Source: an uncultured Gemmatimonadaceae bacterium (lineage in GTDB: Bacteria > Gemmatimonadota > Gemmatimonadetes > Gemmatimonadales > Gemmatimonadaceae). From it: 64,000 nt of DNA. The translations under genes and the position numbers were made by a program. The stretch spans positions 1,792,001 to 1,856,000 of the forward strand of contig CAVXGK010000002.1 in assembly GCA_963761305.1 (NCBI GenBank). The letters are read 5' to 3'. Under the pieces are notes generated by a model. That model saw nothing but the letters and a program-made list of their open reading frames with translations. It made no database searches and had not been told where the DNA came from. Each line of letters opens with the position of its first letter. Positions within the stretch are counted from its first letter, which is position 1. This document shows positions 32,701-41,089 of the stretch, one piece after another.

Positions 32701-32853
32701 GTGGACCCGCTGCTGCCAGTAGCCGAGTGTGTCGCCGGAAGGCGGCGACGTCGCGCCACGAAAGGGCGCTGAGTGGGGTTGTTGTTGAAGGGACGCGGAC
32801 GCGACTTGGAGGGGAGACGCCGCGAGCGACGCGGCAACGGCAAATGCGAGCAT
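29707..32853 (-). CDS. Secreted M1-family aminopeptidase with C-terminal Omp85-like barrel
   Basis: Signal peptide, YWQQRVHY, QWYPK, GGTEFP, HEAGH...MDEG; C-terminal LGGAALRGF, LFADAG, DAGAGL, RLD, terminal W. Confidence 0.88.
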   Translation of the reverse strand: MLAFAVAASLAASPLQVASASLQQQPHSAPFRGATSPPSGDTLGYWQQRVHYEIVAKLDEAQAKLESEAILTYTNNSPDTLREMFVHQYLNAFRPGSKWSARDEKENRVRFQNLADPDYGYERLTQAPTVDGTPVMVDYPGAPDSTVAHFRLPRPLAPHDSVRVHFTWDARPSTVARRQGRRGRAYDFAQWYPKVAVYDRGGWEPNALQPAGELYGEYGVYDVTMIVRDDQVLASVGVPVEGDPGWARVSHNGPPRLGNNAYGPLPARTLTSETPAGFRAVRFVANDVHHFAWSASPDYLYEGGVFVRSTPAHAHFPTWDTVSVNVLYKPGDDTTWGDRRAVDRTIFALEWLESIYGPYAYPQITNVHRLDGGGTEFPMMIMDGDAGQGLILHEAGHIYTYGVLGNNEWRSGWMDEGLTSYQTDWALGKTPQELVGRPQVPALIPRGYRIQAATIAPKDSAGLASWKLDILGRAQPVGTNAGDFSEFGIYNEMIYTRAKVMYGQLRDVLGDSTFRAFLRRYYDDWALKHVDERAMRTAAELTSGRDLGWFFDEWIHDTGLMDYAVESYGVTQDATGWRTAVSVVRRGELRHPMPVGVRTASGWTVGRASATADDPQVVTVATAERPLEVRLDPFQTTWDWDRRNDAPEDMLITLPDPRFTFNWPYLDQTDRAQTLVELSPTGWYSNPQGIVLGVRAKTNYLETVDLHDGGFAFTSRNPRDPFTGKTSSVLARANVWARLENPYVPGFDRPLMGYGADVNYMDGLFKADAYKNWDLSPFILTPGPAIKARVYATVAVPSDSLLLPEQWSPTTVVEVGGSGSYRTAIAADSDYVIARGSLASGLATSVFATRQEHTRGYLRADGSIGGVWSINGSGTQMRIRAYGGVAHNAPRQRSIFASSDDPFDTFNNDLFRGRGALFKQPGINYLPLGGAALRGFRTDVALDAVAALNGEFVQRLGEAKGSWGHGSVSLSLFADAGHATSTYTALTNASLSDAGAGLVTRGRLYDRDVYVRLDAPVFVNHGGLAGGTGLGGRGSIARRWTVTVGDLW

Positions 32854-32917
32854 GTCCGATTGATTCGTGTTAGGCTACTTGCAAGGGCGGGGCTCCACGG
32901 ATCACGTTCAACGCTCA

Positions 32918-33964
32918 ATGTACTCGACGTGCATCTTCTGCAACCATTCGCTCGGCGCCAATAGGCGCGTCGAGCACTTCCCCGTCGGCGGCCGGCTCGC
33001 CTTCGACGGCGCGAAGGGCAGGCTCTGGGCCGTGTGCCAGGTTTGCCAGCGATGGAACCTCTCACCGCTCGAGGAGCGCTGGGAGGCGATCGAAGAGTGC
33101 GAGCGACTATTCCGCGGCACGTTTGTTCGCGTCTCGACCGACAACATCGGCCTGGCTCGACTCGCCGACGGCCTCGAGCTGATTCGCATCGGCCAGCCGC
33201 TGCGACCGGAGTTCGCCGCGTGGCGATACGGGCGTCATTTCGGGGCGAGACGGCGCCGGCTCGCTTTGATGGGCGGAGCAGGCGTCGCCAGCGCGGCGGT
33301 TGCCGGCATCGCGCTCGGGCCCACGCTCGCGCCGGCGCTCGGACTCGGCGCCATCTCGATCGTCGCCATTCCGGGGATCACGACGATCATGGGCGTCGTG
33401 CCGATGGTCGGCATCCTCGCCGTGCGCGACTACATCCAATACGACCGCGTCGTGGCGCGATTCGCCCAGGGCAAGCGCGTCGTGACCGTGCGCGCGAAGC
33501 ACATTGGCGACGTCGAGCTCGACGTGGGCGCCGAATCGGGGCACGCGTCGCTCGTCGTCCATCACGACACGGGCTGGACGGAATTCAAGGACGCCGCGGC
33601 GATTCACGCGACGTCGGTCATCATCTCCGGCGCGAACCGCTACGGCGCGGACAACGCTCGCGTTCAGGATGCCGTGCGCGAGATCGAGCACGCCGGCGAC
33701 GCCGCGAGCTTCCTCTCCGCGGCGTCGAGACGCAACTCGTGGCGCGGCGGGCGCCTGATGTCGCTCGTCAACCGATACAGACAACTCGGCGCGATGAAGC
33801 TCTCGCCGATCGAGCGGCTCGCGCTCGAGATGTCGGTGCACGAGGAAAACGAACGGCGAGCCCTCGAGGGAGAGCTCGCCGTCCTCCACACTGCGTGGCG
33901 CGATGCGGAGCAGATCGCCGCCATCTGCGACGACGATCTGACCCCGCCGAAGCTGTATCAGTAG
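32918..33964 (+). CDS. Hypothetical membrane protein with N-terminal Zn-ribbon
   Basis: CIFC...CQVC, RWNLSPLEERWEAIEECE, central TM hairpin, C-terminal LALEMSVHEENERRALEGEL. Confidence 0.8.
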   Translation: MYSTCIFCNHSLGANRRVEHFPVGGRLAFDGAKGRLWAVCQVCQRWNLSPLEERWEAIEECERLFRGTFVRVSTDNIGLARLADGLELIRIGQPLRPEFAAWRYGRHFGARRRRLALMGGAGVASAAVAGIALGPTLAPALGLGAISIVAIPGITTIMGVVPMVGILAVRDYIQYDRVVARFAQGKRVVTVRAKHIGDVELDVGAESGHASLVVHHDTGWTEFKDAAAIHATSVIISGANRYGADNARVQDAVREIEHAGDAASFLSAASRRNSWRGGRLMSLVNRYRQLGAMKLSPIERLALEMSVHEENERRALEGELAVLHTAWRDAEQIAAICDDDLTPPKLYQ

Positions 33965-33973
33965 ACCTGCCGC

Positions 33974-36667
33974 TTAGGGCACGACCGCGGCGTTCACCGG
34001 CTCCTTCTTCTGCGGGCTCTTCACGTAGATGTCGAACCACGCGATCCAGCGCGCCCACTGATCGAGGTCCGACTCCCGCGTCGCTGGGCCGTGATCCTCG
34101 TACGGATACATGTAGAGCGCGGCCTGTTTTCCGAGCCCTTGAAGCGCCTGCATCATGCGCACTGAGCTCGTGAGATCCGTGCCGTTGTTCTGATCCTCGA
34201 GCGAGTGGTACATGAGGAGCGCGCCGCTCAATCGGTCGGCAGAGAGAAACGGCGACATGTCGAGGTACGTGTCCTTCCCCTCCCAGATCGTGCGCCGCTC
34301 GTTCTGGAACCCGTTGGGCGTGAGCGTGCGGTTGTACATGCCGTCGCCCGCGATGCCCGCCTTGAAGTACGGCGTGTGCACCATCGCGTTCACGGTGCTG
34401 AACGCGCCGTAGCTGTGACCCCAGAGACCGACGCGGTCGCGGTCCAGATAGCCGGCTTTCTCCACCGCCTCGAGCGTCAGATCGAGGTCCTCGCGCAACT
34501 CGTCGACGTAGTGGTCGTTCATCCGACCTTGCGGGCCTACAATCGGAATGTCCTGCGGCTGAATGACGACGTACCCTTGCGTCACCCAGATCTCCGGCCC
34601 GCGCGGGCCCACGTTCGGGAACGCCTCGACGTTCGTCGTCCGGCGGCGCTGATCGTATTCCGCTTGCGTCGTGAATTCCGTCGGATAGAACCAGATGATG
34701 CCGGGAAGGCGCGTGCCTTCACGGTAGTCCTTGGGCAGGGTCACGTCGATGTCGAACTTGTAGCCGTCGCGCGGCCGTGTGACCCACAGTCGCTTGCGAA
34801 TCGCGCCGGTCACCTCGGGCGCGAAGTCGACGTTCTTCGTCAGCTTGGTGTCCGCACCGCTCGCGACGTCGTGGAGATACGCGTCGGGAACGAGCTGCGG
34901 AGACTGTTTTGTGATGACGATCTTCTTATAGTCGTCGTCGATCGGACCGACGACCGTCTCGTCGATGTCGGCTTTGCTCTCGAACAGGCGCGTCTTGGCG
35001 CCCGACTCGATGTCCACGCGGTCGACGAAGTTGTGCGGGGCCGCGGTCGCCCAATCGCGGAAGTACTGCGTCCCCTCGAGATACACGCTCTTGCTGTCGG
35101 ACGAGAGGCGAACGACTGGCAGGCCGCCGGCGTTGCGCGTGGTCTGGAGCGCGCCGGGATTCGTGTAGAACGTCGAGTCCGCGCCGGCGCCACGGCCGCC
35201 CGCTCCGCCGCCGCCGAAACCGCGTCCGCCACGCCCGCTCGCGATCGAACCACCCTTCGCGATCTCGTAGTGCTTCGTCGGATTGTCGAGCTTCACGGCG
35301 TAGAGATCGTTGCCCTGGTTGACGAACAACATCTTGCCGTCCGGACTGAACTCGGCCGACGTGATCCGGCCGTCGGCCTCAAAGATCGGCTTTGCGTCGC
35401 TCGGCCCAAATGGCGGCGACCAGATGTAGACGCGATCCTTGGACAGCGCTCCGCCGCCGGCACCGCCTCCCGCCCGGCCACCGCGGCCGCCTCGGCCGCG
35501 ACCAGCCGCACCTTCCCCGGACCCGCCGCTCTCGCCTTCGAGATACACGAGGCCCGGACCCGTCGGATTCCACGCGAGATCACGCTTCCCCGTGTCCGCC
35601 GCCGCGCCGCCCCCCCCCCGACCCGCGCCGGCCGCGCGCGCCGAGTCCGACGTGTTGCGCTCGCCGTCGTTGAGGTCACGCTTGGCCAACTGCGTGATCA
35701 CCGCGCCGTTGGCGTCCCAGAGCTGCTCGACCGTGCCGAAGTTGGACACCGGCACGAGGTGCGAGTATGGCTTGCTCTGCAATGTCACGCGGAAGTGCGC
35801 GCCGTCCGGCGACGCGTCCAGCGCCGTGATGAGCGCCGGGACGCCGATCTTCTTGATCGTTTTCGTCTTGACGTCGATCACGGCCAGCTGGCCCGTCGTG
35901 TAGTAGTCCACGAGATCGAAGTCGTGCTGGTCCTCGAGCAAGCTCTGATAGTTGCGATTCACCTTCGGCTTGTTCGGATCGCTCGTGCGGATGAGCGGAC
36001 CGGTCGCGATGCCTTCCTGCGGTTCGGCGCCCCGATTGTCCGGAATCAGCACGGTGGCAATCGCCTTGCCGTTCGATGTCCAATCGACCGTCGTCACGCG
36101 AGTCGCGAGCAACGGCTTGGTCGTGATCTGGACGGATTTTCCGCTCGCCACGTCGGCGACGAAGATCTGCGTCGACGCGTCGAACGACGCGATGTAGGCG
36201 ATCGACTTGCCGTCGGGCGACCACGTCGCGCCGTTCACGATCGCGCCCTTTGGCGTCTCCAGCGTGCGGCTGGCGCCGGTGAGCGGATCGATGAGCGTCA
36301 GGCCGACGCTGCCGCGCGTCGTCAGCGCGCGCGCTCGGTTGGCCTTGAAATCCACCTCGAACCCGGTGCTCAACCGGTAATGCGGCTTGCCGAACGCCTC
36401 GATCGTGGGAAGTCCTTCGCTCTCAGCCTTGAGGAAATACTTATGATCGGGACTCGGGTTCGTGAACGCCACGGCGTTGCGCGGCGTGGTCACGATCCGT
36501 TCGACGATCTCCGGCGGTTTGACGTACGTCTCCTTCGCCAGGACCTCTTTCGGATTCCAACCCTGTTGAGTGACCGTCTGCGCCGAAAGCGGCGCGGCGA
36601 GGGCGAGACCGGCAATGCCGATCAGGGTGCGCGACGAGGCGCGAACAACTCCGGACAAGCGCGTCAT
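33974..36667 (-). CDS. S9 prolyl oligopeptidase family, secreted
   Basis: WSPDG propeller repeats, GHSYG nucleophile, YNRTLTP.GFQ.E.R, EDHG; Gly/Arg-rich linkers. Confidence 0.93.
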   Translation of the reverse strand: MTRLSGVVRASSRTLIGIAGLALAAPLSAQTVTQQGWNPKEVLAKETYVKPPEIVERIVTTPRNAVAFTNPSPDHKYFLKAESEGLPTIEAFGKPHYRLSTGFEVDFKANRARALTTRGSVGLTLIDPLTGASRTLETPKGAIVNGATWSPDGKSIAYIASFDASTQIFVADVASGKSVQITTKPLLATRVTTVDWTSNGKAIATVLIPDNRGAEPQEGIATGPLIRTSDPNKPKVNRNYQSLLEDQHDFDLVDYYTTGQLAVIDVKTKTIKKIGVPALITALDASPDGAHFRVTLQSKPYSHLVPVSNFGTVEQLWDANGAVITQLAKRDLNDGERNTSDSARAAGAGRGGGGAAADTGKRDLAWNPTGPGLVYLEGESGGSGEGAAGRGRGGRGGRAGGGAGGGALSKDRVYIWSPPFGPSDAKPIFEADGRITSAEFSPDGKMLFVNQGNDLYAVKLDNPTKHYEIAKGGSIASGRGGRGFGGGGAGGRGAGADSTFYTNPGALQTTRNAGGLPVVRLSSDSKSVYLEGTQYFRDWATAAPHNFVDRVDIESGAKTRLFESKADIDETVVGPIDDDYKKIVITKQSPQLVPDAYLHDVASGADTKLTKNVDFAPEVTGAIRKRLWVTRPRDGYKFDIDVTLPKDYREGTRLPGIIWFYPTEFTTQAEYDQRRRTTNVEAFPNVGPRGPEIWVTQGYVVIQPQDIPIVGPQGRMNDHYVDELREDLDLTLEAVEKAGYLDRDRVGLWGHSYGAFSTVNAMVHTPYFKAGIAGDGMYNRTLTPNGFQNERRTIWEGKDTYLDMSPFLSADRLSGALLMYHSLEDQNNGTDLTSSVRMMQALQGLGKQAALYMYPYEDHGPATRESDLDQWARWIAWFDIYVKSPQKKEPVNAAVVP

Positions 36668-36797
36668 TTCTGACTCCAGCAGCGAAGGGGCCACGGGTGG
36701 GCGCGGGGAAGAGACAGGACGGATATCTCAGCCCCCATTATACGGAAGGCGCGCACCGTCTGCTGCCGGTGCGCGCCCTCGCCATTCCAGTCGTTCT

Positions 36798-36838
36798 CCG
36801 GTCCACCGGTCCACCGGTCCACCGGTCCACCGGTCCGC
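36798..36838 (-). repeat. GGTGGACC-family repeat, copy B (directly after the atpH stop)
   Basis: Plus strand (CCGGTCCA)x4 followed by CCGGTCCG. Confidence 0.9.
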
Positions 36839-37378
36839 CTACCTGCCCAGCATTCTTCCCCGTAGGATCGCCAATCGCCGTCTGACCGACCCGTCCAACA
36901 CCGTATCTCCGACCCGGACCACCACCCCACCGAGCACATCCGGATTCACGTGGAAATGCGGAACCACCGTCTTGCCGAGTGCGCGGGACAGGTGCGACGT
37001 GACGAGCTCCCGATCCCGCTCATCCGCTTCCCGGGCGACCGTCACCGAGGCGTGGACCCGGCCCTCGACCTCGTCCACGAGGTCATGGTACTGGTGGGCA
37101 ATCGCCGGGATGAGCATCTGCCGGCGGTGATCCACCAGCGCCATCAGGAACCGCACGAATGTCCGCGGCAGTGACGCGCCGTAGGCCTTCAGGATGATGT
37201 CGTTTTTCTGCCGGCTGCTCACCCGCGGCGACTCCAGGAAAATCCGTAGGCGGCGGTCGGTCTCCACGGCGTTCGAGACGCTGTCGAACATCTCGCCCCA
37301 GCCGCGCAGGTCCCCGGCGCGCTGGGCCAGCTCGAGCAGCGCTTCGGCGTAGTTCCGAGCGATCGTCGTTTCGCGCAT
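36839..37378 (-). CDS. atpH: ATP synthase delta subunit
   Basis: IARNYAEALLE, LGGVVVRVGDTVLDGSV. Confidence 0.96.
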   Translation of the reverse strand: MRETTIARNYAEALLELAQRAGDLRGWGEMFDSVSNAVETDRRLRIFLESPRVSSRQKNDIILKAYGASLPRTFVRFLMALVDHRRQMLIPAIAHQYHDLVDEVEGRVHASVTVAREADERDRELVTSHLSRALGKTVVPHFHVNPDVLGGVVVRVGDTVLDGSVRRRLAILRGRMLGR

Positions 37379-37983
37379 CAGTTGCCGACCTTGACGGTCC
37401 CGATGGACGACAGGTAGGACTCGACGAGCTGGCGGTTCTTCGCCGACTCGAGGTTCTGCTCGATGACCTTGCTCGCGCCGGCCAGCGCGAGATCGACGGC
37501 TTCACGACGCAGTTGGGCGATCGCGCGGTCCTTCTCGCTCTCGATCTCCCGCCGAGCACGTTCCAGCATTTCCTGCTGTTCGCGACGCGTTTGCTCGAGC
37601 AAGTCGGCGCGCATCTTCTCGGCCACCGACCGTCCGTCGGCGATCAGTTTCTGCGCCTCGCCGCGCGCCGCGTCGATCTGCGCCTGATGCTCGGCGAGCA
37701 GCTTGGCGGCGGCTTCGCGGTCTGCCTTCGCGGCGTCGAGCGCCGCTTCGAGCGCCTTCTCGCGTGCCTCGACCGCGGCGGTGATCGGACCGAACGCGAA
37801 CCGTCTGAGGATGAAGAACAGGATCCCGAAGATGGCCAGCGTCCAGAACATCAAGTTCAGCTGGAGATTGACCAGTCCACCGCCGGCCGCGTGTGCGGCG
37901 GGCGCGCCTTCCTGAGCGAAGGCGGCTGTCGCCGTCGCCGCGTTGGCGACGAACAGAGTCATCGACCAAAAACGCATGCGCAT
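37378..37983 (-). CDS. atpF: ATP synthase Fo subunit b
   Basis: FWTLAIFGILFFILRRFAFGPI TM followed by coiled coil; start uncertain (37983 or 37992). Confidence 0.95.
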   Translation of the reverse strand: MRMRFWSMTLFVANAATATAAFAQEGAPAAHAAGGGLVNLQLNLMFWTLAIFGILFFILRRFAFGPITAAVEAREKALEAALDAAKADREAAAKLLAEHQAQIDAARGEAQKLIADGRSVAEKMRADLLEQTRREQQEMLERARREIESEKDRAIAQLRREAVDLALAGASKVIEQNLESAKNRQLVESYLSSIGTVKVGN

Positions 37984-38051
37984 GAGATTCATCTCGACTC
38001 GAATTGGATGGACTCGGCCGCCGCCCCCGGGGGCGGCAGCCGGTCGAAGCA

Positions 38052-38336
38052 CTAGAAGTACGTCTTGAGCTGGATCAACAAGCACACGACGACGCTGAAC
38101 AACGCGACGCCTTCGATGAGCGCGGAGAGAATCAGCGCGCCCGTCTGAATGGTGCCGGCGATTTCGGGCTGTCGCGCCATGCCTTCGGTCGCGCCAGCGC
38201 CGATTCGCCCGATTCCGATGCCAGCGCCGATCGCGGCCAGACCAGCGCCGACCCCGGCACCCAACATCGCCCAGGCACCCGTGTACGCCGGATTGAAGCC
38301 TCCAACGGCGGCCTGAAGCAGCGGCAGAATTGCCAT
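38052..38336 (-). CDS. atpE: ATP synthase Fo subunit c (probably H+-coupled)
   Basis: GAGIGIG, ARQPE, ALIEGVALF; GGAG RBS; no Na+-type Q..E[ST] signature. Confidence 0.97.
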   Translation of the reverse strand: MAILPLLQAAVGGFNPAYTGAWAMLGAGVGAGLAAIGAGIGIGRIGAGATEGMARQPEIAGTIQTGALILSALIEGVALFSVVVCLLIQLKTYF

Positions 38337-38518
38337 ATCAGTTCTCCAATCGAAACAGCGGTTCACATCCGTTGCTCCGCACCAACCGGCGAGCGATTCC
38401 GCCGACAAGTGCCGCCCGTCAACGAGCCCCGGGGCTCAACGGGCATCGCCAAGCATTCGCCTGGCTACTTCTGCGGCGGGTGAAGCGGATCCGCCACAGT
38501 CCTGCGTCGTCTGTTGTC

Positions 38519-38551
38519 GCGGTCGACCGGTCCACCGGTCTACCGGTCTAC
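38519..38551 (-). repeat. GGTGGACC-family repeat, copy C (directly after the atpB stop)
   Basis: Minus strand gtagaccggtagaccggtggaccggtcgaccgc. Confidence 0.85.
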
Positions 38552-39505
38552 CTAGTGATGTGCCGCCCGAATCTGCCCGATGAACACAGCCGCGAGCAGC
38601 GAGAAGATGAAGGCCTGGATGAACGCGACCAGGATCTCCAGGACCATGATGAACAGCGCCATCAGGAGCGCGAGCGGAGCGAGCGCGAACACGATCCACC
38701 CGGCCATCATGAAGATCAGTCCGATGAGCGCGAGAATGATCACGTGCCCGGCGATCATGTTCGCGAAGAGACGGATCGTCAGCGCGAACGGCTTGGTGAA
38801 CTTTCCGACGATTTCCACCGGCGTCATGATGATGGTCATCGCCTTCATCGCCGGATGCCCTTTCGGCCAATAAAAGATCGTCCCGAGGTAGGCGGGGCCC
38901 AGCGCCTTCATTCCGGCCGCCTCGATCACGACGAACGTGATGATGGCGAGCGTCGCCGTCACGGCGATGTTGCCGGTCGGCGTCGATCCGTAGGGGATCA
39001 ACCCGAACAGGTTGCAGACGAGAATGAAGAAGAAGAGCGTGAGCACGAACGGGACGTAGCGCTCGCCGCCGTGGCCACCCAGCACCGGGATGTAGATCTC
39101 GTTGCGGAGGTAGAGAACGACGGCCTCGAGTCCGGCCGCGAAGCCTTTCGGTCGCCCCTCGCGCTCCGTGCTTCGGACGTGAGAGCGCGCCGTCCAGATC
39201 AGGACGACGCAGAGCAGGAACGCCGCGAAGAGCATGAAGAAGATGTGCTTCGTGAGCCCCATGTCGAACGTGTGGCCGGCGATCGTCACGTTGTGCGTGG
39301 CGAACGTGTACTCGCAGGCCCACTCGCGGAGGTTCTTCACGCACGGGAACTCGATCGTCTTCGAGTCCGTGATGTGCGGCATGATGATGTCGGCGGGTCC
39401 GAGCTGCTTGGCCAGCGGACCGCCCGGTTCCTGCGCGGAGACGACGGCCGGCAGGACCAATGCGCCTGCCGCCAGCCATCCCAGGAGTCGCGAACGAAGA
39501 GTCAT
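38552..39505 (-). CDS. atpB: ATP synthase Fo subunit a
   Basis: NLFGLIP, PTGN, KPFALTIRLFANMIAGH, LEILVAFIQAFIF. Confidence 0.97.
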   Translation of the reverse strand: MTLRSRLLGWLAAGALVLPAVVSAQEPGGPLAKQLGPADIIMPHITDSKTIEFPCVKNLREWACEYTFATHNVTIAGHTFDMGLTKHIFFMLFAAFLLCVVLIWTARSHVRSTEREGRPKGFAAGLEAVVLYLRNEIYIPVLGGHGGERYVPFVLTLFFFILVCNLFGLIPYGSTPTGNIAVTATLAIITFVVIEAAGMKALGPAYLGTIFYWPKGHPAMKAMTIIMTPVEIVGKFTKPFALTIRLFANMIAGHVIILALIGLIFMMAGWIVFALAPLALLMALFIMVLEILVAFIQAFIFSLLAAVFIGQIRAAHH

Positions 39506-39852
39506 GATCGAATCAGCAGTGGATCGAGCAATGATGACGCGAACAGTAGAGCAGCCAGCGAGACGAGCGCGGCGACGGGCGGCAGCTTGAACGCCAGCGC
39601 CACCAGCAGCGCGTACCCAATGAGTCCGATGAACCGCACCAGCGCGCCGGCTCCCATCCGGGCCAGGAGGCCGGCGAAGCTCACCGCGCGTCCGACGGCA
39701 AACGCGACGAGCTGAAGGACCACCGTCACCGCGGCGCTGATCCAGACCGCCGACCGGTCGCCCGGTCCCCGAAAGGCCAGGCTGAGGATTCCGGCTCCGA
39801 TGACGGCCACCGCCACGACGACCAGCCCGTGCCGCGCAAGTGCTTTGGTCAC
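39502..39852 (-). CDS. atpI: ATP synthase protein I-like membrane protein
   Basis: Four hydrophobic helices; lies between the AtpZ-like gene and atpB with 4-nt overlaps. Confidence 0.7.
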   Translation of the reverse strand: MTKALARHGLVVVAVAVIGAGILSLAFRGPGDRSAVWISAAVTVVLQLVAFAVGRAVSFAGLLARMGAGALVRFIGLIGYALLVALAFKLPPVAALVSLAALLFASSLLDPLLIRS

Positions 39853-40169
39853 CTACCCCGCCCGGTCCCGTCGCCAGATTGGTCCTGGGCGACGACGTCC
39901 TTTGACTTCCGTTGAGCCGCTGTAACGCGCCGATACATCGAGTAAAAGCCGCCAGCCGCGCCGACGAAAACGAAGACGATGAGGAGCCACGGAGACGTGC
40001 CTAACCTGCGGTCGAGCCAGACGCCGGCGAACGCGAAGATCAGGATCGTGAAGGCGAATTGGAGGCCGATTCCGGCAAATTCCGCCCCCGACACCGTCCC
40101 TGCCGCGCCCCGCCGTGTGGGGTTTCCACGCGTGCCGGAGCCCTCTGGCGTGTCCCGCTTGTGGTCCAT
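39849..40169 (-). CDS. AtpZ/AtpI family (ATPase gene 1) protein
   Basis: G..LDRRLGTSPWLLIVFVFVGAAGGFYSMYR signature. Confidence 0.9.
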   Translation of the reverse strand: MDHKRDTPEGSGTRGNPTRRGAAGTVSGAEFAGIGLQFAFTILIFAFAGVWLDRRLGTSPWLLIVFVFVGAAGGFYSMYRRVTAAQRKSKDVVAQDQSGDGTGRGR

Positions 40170-40179
40170 TCGCCAGGAG

Positions 40180-40208
40180 AATTTACGGGCTTGTGAAATT
40201 TTTCGCAA
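40180..40208 (-). promoter_or_regulatory. atp promoter (TTGCGA-17-TAAATT) overlapped by a Rex-type operator
   Basis: TTGTGAA-ATTT-TTCGCAA at 40191-40208, one mismatch to the Rex consensus TTGTGAA-N4-TTCACAA. Confidence 0.72.
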
Positions 40209-40406
40209 GCAAACCTGGCGGTCTGCAAACCGCCTTGCCAATTACCGGACGACGGTTGGTAAGTCGATGCACGGCGGCATTTTCGACGGTTGCCACTCAT
40301 GTTGACTGTTCGTCCAGCCGTTGATAGGTTAGCGCACGCCCGACTTTTGAGCGCATCCCGCCATTTTCGCTCATCCGGGGAGCTACCTACGCTGCCACCG
40401 GGATTC

Positions 40407-40946
40407 ATGAACATTCGCTTGGCCATCGCGTTGGCTTTCGCAGGCGCACTCGCGTTCGCCTGTAGTCCGCGCTCGCGCTCCGCATCGCAATCAGGGCCGA
40501 CGGCACTTGCCACCGCGTTGCCGCTGAAGAGCGCCAGTGCCGCCAGCGCAACCACCGAAATCGCCGAACGACCGCATCGTCGCTCGACATCGTCGTCGAA
40601 GACCGAGCCGAAACTCGATTCCCGTTTCAACGTCACCGTTGCACCACGCGGAATCCAGTTCGCACTCGGCGTCACGAACGTCGGCAAGAAACACGTCGAG
40701 CTCACCTTCCGCAGCGGACAATCGTACGACTTCGTCGTCGTCGACTCGGTGGGCCGCGAAGTGTGGCGGTGGTCGAACGGCCGAATGTTCACGCAGGGCG
40801 TCCAGAACAAACAGCTGAGCACCGGCGACACGATGCACGCGCGGGAACTGTGGACGGCGCCGGTGCCGGGGCGCTATACGGCCATCGCCACGCTCAACAG
40901 CACCAACTTCCCCACCGAGCAGCGCGCCGACTTCGTCGTTCATTGA
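40407..40946 (+). CDS. BsuPI-like (proteinase inhibitor fold) lipoprotein
   Basis: Lipobox-like AFAC; L.F.SGQSYDFVV....G.EVWRWS.GRMFTQ. Confidence 0.82.
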   Translation: MNIRLAIALAFAGALAFACSPRSRSASQSGPTALATALPLKSASAASATTEIAERPHRRSTSSSKTEPKLDSRFNVTVAPRGIQFALGVTNVGKKHVELTFRSGQSYDFVVVDSVGREVWRWSNGRMFTQGVQNKQLSTGDTMHARELWTAPVPGRYTAIATLNSTNFPTEQRADFVVH

Positions 40947-41089
40947 GAAGACTCTAAACACTGGCCGCGTTGCGCCGGACAGCTCGGGCCGCCCCTGCAA
41001 GGCGGCCCGTCTCGTCTCCGGCATTGGACCGCCGCACCGCACCGGTTAGGTTGTCCCGGACACCTCAATCGCGACAGGAGCCCTTCGGC

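Noticed and set aside
35610..35619. C10 homopolymer as a phase-variation switch in the S9 peptidase
   Set aside because: It encodes Gly codons of an RGGGG linker, the frame is intact, and a single sequence gives no evidence of slippage.
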